Source: an uncultured virus (IMG/VR IMGVR_UViG_3300025894_000009)
Lineage: Duplodnaviria; Heunggongvirae; Uroviricota; Caudoviricetes
Length of the DNA stretch: 20,000 bases
Virus record (IMG/VR): IMGVR_UViG_3300025894_000009
Direction: 5' to 3' (one strand)
Shown piece by piece: positions 16,785 through 20,000 of this stretch. Every line of letters begins with the position of its first letter. Position 1 is the first letter of the stretch. Made by a program: the position numbers and the translations under genes. The notes beneath the pieces are model-generated. The model saw only the letters and a list, made by a program, of their open reading frames with translations. It was not told the DNA's origin and did no database searches.

Positions 16785-18003
16785 GTATCGAAGTTCTCCC
16801 TGTTGGAAATACGTCGGCCTCGAACAATGGATCTGGATATTGATCATCAGTACCATAGTTACGCATGAGACTCATCCCATAATTATTTGTTTTATTGTGG
16901 ATAGGAACATTCTTTTTCAAAATCAAAGCATTCTGTCGAGCTGGTTGGCCAGTATGTTTATTGACAATTGCATTCAGATCAACATGATGGTGAACACGAC
17001 CATATCGTTCTACCAACGTCACACAGTCTGGATGCATTTCTTTTAGCATTTTTGACTTATTGTAGGCAGGGTCTTCTCCACTTTCATCCTTCTTATAATC
17101 TTTGTAGACCTCAGTGGTATTACCGCCTTTCACAGTTCCGGTTCTCATTTTGCCTTGATAGAAAGCATAGAACAACATTGTTGTCCAGCCTTCTTTAAGA
17201 GCACGGATTGAGATATCCACATCTTCATTAAACTTGCCACGCCATCGACCGGGGAAACTATTGTCGATAAGGATACATGACATCAATCTAGTATTTAGTA
17301 TGAACGGCTGATAGGCACACTGATTAATCACGAAGAATTTATAATGAGGGCCTGCAAGAGCAACATTCTCAAATCGATCAGTGAAATCTTCCACGGCTCT
17401 AAACATACCCGAGCCCTTTTCGATAACATATCTTTTATTGTTATGAAGGCGACCGAAATCAACAATGTTGTCGTCCATCATCCAATGCTTGTCAAAGCCC
17501 AGGGCGAGGGAGTGTTCCCACATCCAATTACGTGCAGGCCCAGAGCCCTTCCCATGATTGCTGAATGGCAATTCAAGAACGGTACCAAACTCTGGGTTTG
17601 TCACGGCCTGATAGTTGTCGAATTCTTGAGGCTCAACACAGATATAATATTGGATGCCCATGCGTTCAAGAGCCTTTGCTGTATATCTGCTCTCCCACCG
17701 ACCCTTCGACAAAATGTAAATTGGGTATCGCGTATGGGTTTCTTCATCGACCCACTTATTAAACAGATTCACTTCACGATCCTTATTAGGATATTGCAGA
17801 ATGTGAGTCTTGTCTGTCAGCTTGTAATCAAATCGCTCACCAAAATGCTCACGATCTTCACGTGTTTTGAAATGAACTCGCAATTGCTTGAATGGGTCTT
17901 GTTTGGGTTGGGTAAAAGCAGGAGCGCCGGCTGCATACCATTGTATAAATTGGTTTCTCCACTCTTGTTGGAGCTCTTCATGAGTGTGTACGGGTTGAAA
18001 CAT
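16777..18003 (-). CDS. GREB1/TET-associated (TAGT)-like glycosyltransferase with a fused N-terminal accessory domain
   Basis: YPIYILSKGR, VEPQE...Y, G.GPARNW.WEH, HWMMDDNI..F, SCILI.N, WRGKFNED.D.S.R.LK.G..T, and KGGNT are motifs of phage GREB1-like/TAGT GT-A enzymes. Confidence 0.75.
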   Translation of the reverse strand: MFQPVHTHEELQQEWRNQFIQWYAAGAPAFTQPKQDPFKQLRVHFKTREDREHFGERFDYKLTDKTHILQYPNKDREVNLFNKWVDEETHTRYPIYILSKGRWESRYTAKALERMGIQYYICVEPQEFDNYQAVTNPEFGTVLELPFSNHGKGSGPARNWMWEHSLALGFDKHWMMDDNIVDFGRLHNNKRYVIEKGSGMFRAVEDFTDRFENVALAGPHYKFFVINQCAYQPFILNTRLMSCILIDNSFPGRWRGKFNEDVDISIRALKEGWTTMLFYAFYQGKMRTGTVKGGNTTEVYKDYKKDESGEDPAYNKSKMLKEMHPDCVTLVERYGRVHHHVDLNAIVNKHTGQPARQNALILKKNVPIHNKTNNYGMSLMRNYGTDDQYPDPLFEADVFPTGRTSIHA

Positions 18004-18308
18004 TAATCCTCCAGAAATCCCAATAGGCCAGTATCAGTTCGGCCTGCCTTATAGACAAATTTATTTAGTTTAGGCATAGGTTTCTCATCAGCCTTGAGCA
18101 TGAACTCGACATAATCTTCCTCAGTAGGGAAATTCATTGTGATAGTCTGCCATGACTCAGGAAACTCTTTGTTAACTTTTGCTGGTGCTACTTTGAGATC
18201 CTTGTCGGATTCCTCACCGAGAAACTCATCAAGGTTACTGATGATGTTTTCTTCAGCGGTATAATCCAACATTGTCTCATAGTCTAGCGATGTATCTTTT
18301 ACTTTCAT
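18003..18308 (-). CDS. Hypothetical protein (101 aa) resembling the N-terminal domain of the adjacent glycosyltransferase
   Basis: Start at ATG 18308 with GAGG SD, downstream of a promoter. WQTITMNFPTEEDYVEF resembles FKQLRVHFKTREDREHF. TAATG overlap with the GT gene. Confidence 0.75.
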   Translation of the reverse strand: MKVKDTSLDYETMLDYTAEENIISNLDEFLGEESDKDLKVAPAKVNKEFPESWQTITMNFPTEEDYVEFMLKADEKPMPKLNKFVYKAGRTDTGLLGFLED

Positions 18309-18327
18309 TATTGCCTCACTGGTGACC

Positions 18328-18356
18328 ATTATACCATTATTTAGTCTACTTGTCAA
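18328..18356 (-). promoter_or_regulatory. Sigma70-type promoter for the glycosyltransferase operon
   Basis: TTGACA-17 nt-TATAAT with an extended TG; the spacer also contains CTAAATA, a possible late-promoter variant. Confidence 0.85.
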
Positions 18357-18377
18357 GAACTTTTTCTGATAGGATAA

Positions 18378-18438
18378 CAACTTGGGTGGTTCGGTCCTTA
18401 GCAGTTTTAGCAATTTTCGTGCCGAACCACCCATGTTG
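18378..18438. repeat. Inverted repeat / hairpin with a 27-nt loop
   Basis: TGGGTGGTTCGG (18383-18394) and CCGAACCACCCA (18422-18433) form a perfect 12-bp stem, extended by CAAC/GTTG after one mismatch. Confidence 0.85.
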
Positions 18439-18451
18439 ACTCACAAGGAAA

Positions 18452-18619
18452 TCATTTGTCGTTGCAACGTTCATCAGTCACAAGATATGTCATCTGGCCA
18501 TTATCATTAACTCTGCCACCTTCGAGGCACTTACCACACTGAGATCCTACTTTTTCTAGTAGAAAATGGTTTTCGGCTAGCATTTTCTCAGTGATTGCGT
18601 TGCAGACACAAACGTACAT
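18452..18619 (-). CDS. bfd: Bfd-like [2Fe-2S] ferredoxin (bacterioferritin-associated), 55 aa
   Basis: Manual translation MYVCVCNAITEKMLAENHFLLEKVGSQCGKCLEGGRVNDNGQMTYLVTDERCNDK contains the MYVCxCN...VGxQCGKC Bfd signature. TAATG coupling to the upstream ORF. Absent from the ORF track. Confidence 0.8.
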   Translation of the reverse strand: MYVCVCNAITEKMLAENHFLLEKVGSQCGKCLEGGRVNDNGQMTYLVTDERCNDK

Positions 18620-18855
18620 TAGTGTCTGATTTCAATTGAAGGCTTAAATTTTGAGATGATCTCATCAGCTTCTGCAGCTTTGTCTCGAGCAACTAGTACC
18701 TTCTTGAGATGATCGATCATCCAAGAATCAGCAAGGCCTTTATGATAGGCATTAGAATCATCAGACATTGTGAAAAACCAGTCATGAAATTTGCAAAGCT
18801 TTGTCAAATGTTCAATGATATCTTCCGTAGGGGTATTGTCAGTAATGTCCATCAT
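18619..18855 (-). CDS. Hypothetical phage protein (78 aa, HDW..MSDD motif)
   Basis: SD AGGAG and TAATG coupling on both sides; HDWFFTMSDDSNAYHKG resembles a recalled small phage protein family. Confidence 0.75.
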   Translation of the reverse strand: MMDITDNTPTEDIIEHLTKLCKFHDWFFTMSDDSNAYHKGLADSWMIDHLKKVLVARDKAAEADEIISKFKPSIEIRH

Positions 18856-18998
18856 TAAACTCCTGTAAAAAGTAAGCCGTATCCAAACAGACCACCAAGA
18901 ATTGCACCCATAATCATACAGGCAATAATCTCGCCAAAAGCTGAAGGCTTCTTAGTGTTCTTCGGAATTGTAAAGTCTTTTTTAGCGTAATCTCTCAT
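18855..18998 (-). CDS. Small single-pass membrane protein (47 aa)
   Basis: MRDYAKKDFTIPKNTKKPSAFGEIIACMIMGAILGGLFGYGLLFTGV: basic N-terminus and hydrophobic C-terminus, TAATG overlaps at both ends, GAGG SD. Absent from the ORF track. Confidence 0.7.
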   Translation of the reverse strand: MRDYAKKDFTIPKNTKKPSAFGEIIACMIMGAILGGLFGYGLLFTGV

Positions 18999-19204
18999 TA
19001 TACCAATTCCTCTTCGTCAGTCACAAATGCGTAGGCAGGGTTCTTGAACTCACGGTCAAACATACCAATCTCGTCAAACCCGTACAAAACATATCCATCC
19101 ATAGGATTAGTACCTTTTTCATAACAGACCAAGTCAGCATCATCAGGAACAAACCCCTTGAAAGTGTTGATATTGTCAACCAAGATTATGTTTGTGTTTT
19201 CCAT
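18998..19204 (-). CDS. Hypothetical acidic early protein (68 aa)
   Basis: First gene after a strong sigma70 promoter; SD AAGGA. Confidence 0.75.
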   Translation of the reverse strand: MENTNIILVDNINTFKGFVPDDADLVCYEKGTNPMDGYVLYGFDEIGMFDREFKNPAYAFVTDEEELV

Positions 19205-19235
19205 CTCTAAGTCCTTTTCTTTAATTTATGTGTCT

Positions 19236-19264
19236 ATTATAGGCCATAGCTGACATTTTGTCAA
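19236..19264 (-). promoter_or_regulatory. Early sigma70-type promoter, copy 1
   Basis: AAAGTG-TTGACA-17 nt-TATAAT-AGACACATAAATT with an A-rich UP region. Confidence 0.9.
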
Positions 19265-19355
19265 CACTTTTTTGTAAAAAAAACAACTTTTTTTAGAACA
19301 TTTTGGAATAAGGAACCGATATTACGAGAAAAAGTCTTCTAAAATTTATGTGTCT

Positions 19356-19384
19356 ATTATACGTCATTTTGGGCCAAATGTCAA
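19356..19384 (-). promoter_or_regulatory. Early sigma70-type promoter, copy 2
   Basis: Same flanks as copy 1, exactly 120 bp away, with a different spacer. Confidence 0.9.
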
Positions 19385-19423
19385 CACTTTTTACACTTTT
19401 TCGTACATAAAAGTGTAAAAATT

Positions 19424-19633
19424 CTACACTTTTGTGGACATAGGAATGTCAAGTATTCCTTTGTTTTTGTCGATGGTATTCTTAGCTAGATCCTTTGCAA
19501 CTTGAACCATCATATCATCACCCTGTTCAAGGGCACGAATAAGGAACGAGAGGATTGTAGTGGTACTAGCCAATTCACCTCGTATGGCCGATGTCTCGGC
19601 AGAAAAATCTATGTACATTTCATCCATTACCAT
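19424..19633 (-). CDS. Hypothetical protein (69 aa)
   Basis: ORF track; GAGGAG SD; TAATG coupling. Confidence 0.7.
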   Translation of the reverse strand: MVMDEMYIDFSAETSAIRGELASTTTILSFLIRALEQGDDMMVQVAKDLAKNTIDKNKGILDIPMSTKV

Positions 19634-19797
19634 TATGCTGCAACTCCTCGAACAGATAAAAACTCATCAATTTCTTCGTCACTCATACCAACACTGAGAC
19701 AAGCACAGATAGCATCATCGATCTGCCCATCTTCAACCAGATGACTAGCATGAATCAACTGTTCACTAACTTCACCTTCCATATACCATGGGTTCAT
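19633..19797 (-). CDS. Hypothetical acidic protein (54 aa)
   Basis: MNPWYMEGEVSEQLIHASHLVEDGQIDDAICACLSVGMSDEEIDEFLSVRGVAA; AGGAGG SD; TAATG overlaps at both ends. Absent from the ORF track. Confidence 0.75.
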   Translation of the reverse strand: MNPWYMEGEVSEQLIHASHLVEDGQIDDAICACLSVGMSDEEIDEFLSVRGVAA

Positions 19798-19985
19798 TAT
19801 ACTGCCTCCTTGTATTTGACTTCAGACTCTTCCGCTTCGATTAAATTGAGAACAAAATCCAATGCGTCGAGATAACCTTCATCATATGAATTCAGCCGGT
19901 CCGGCCGTAGCATCTCTCTCTTGGTTAACTGCATTAACTCAACTTTTTCATTAAGAACAAACTTGATGTGTTCTGTAACAATCAT
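19797..19985 (-). CDS. Hypothetical protein (62 aa)
   Basis: ORF track; GAGGA SD; coupled to the downstream ORF. Confidence 0.7.
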   Translation of the reverse strand: MIVTEHIKFVLNEKVELMQLTKREMLRPDRLNSYDEGYLDALDFVLNLIEAEESEVKYKEAV

Positions 19986-20000
19986 TTACACGGTCCTCAC

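Noticed and set aside
17344..18006. 220-aa plus-strand ORF and the other plus-strand ORFs between 8620 and 19744
   Set aside because: All are antisense to well-supported minus-strand genes and lack recognisable motifs.
18309..18434. N-terminal 42 aa of the track ORF 18003..18434
   Set aside because: It spans the hairpin and a consensus promoter; the SD-supported start is 18308. Similar over-extensions were trimmed for gp2, hsp20, the dehydrogenase, dexA and the epimerase.
18378..18438. Possible tRNA, because GGTTCG resembles a T-loop
   Set aside because: GGTTCG lies in a long perfect stem; no cloverleaf, anticodon arm or CCA end can be built.
19223..19392. CRISPR-like repeat-spacer array
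   Set aside because: Only two copies, and the conserved blocks coincide with -35/-10 promoter elements.

Overview
The window is a 20-kb segment of a T4-like myophage genome, probably aquatic and infecting a proteobacterial host (inference). Positions 1-8333 hold a baseplate/tail module. A leftward arm (gp48, a gp53 split into two ORFs, a hub protein, start of gp5) diverges from a rightward arm (gp4, an inserted secreted Cys-rich protein, gp2, gp54, gp26, gp51, gp29-like tape measure), with TATAAATA late promoters between them. Positions 8346-20000 are all on the minus strand. In transcription order they are: small early ORFs behind duplicated sigma70 promoters, a Bfd-like ferredoxin missed by the ORF track, a glycosylation cluster (GREB1/TAGT-like glycosyltransferase, SDR epimerase, DexA-like exonuclease, UDP-glucose dehydrogenase, GT2), replication genes (gp45, gp44, gp62, regA), dUTPase, and an Hsp20-peroxiredoxin operon. 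The main leads are a candidate -1 programmed frameshift fusing gp26 to gp51 just before the tape measure gene, a candidate DNA glycosyl-hypermodification locus, a ROSE-type RNA thermometer downstream of a phage late promoter, a shortened phage Bfd, an unexplained hairpin containing a sigma54-like motif, and a secreted ART/TNT-like insert. Family calls come from recalled motifs and synteny; no database searches were run.
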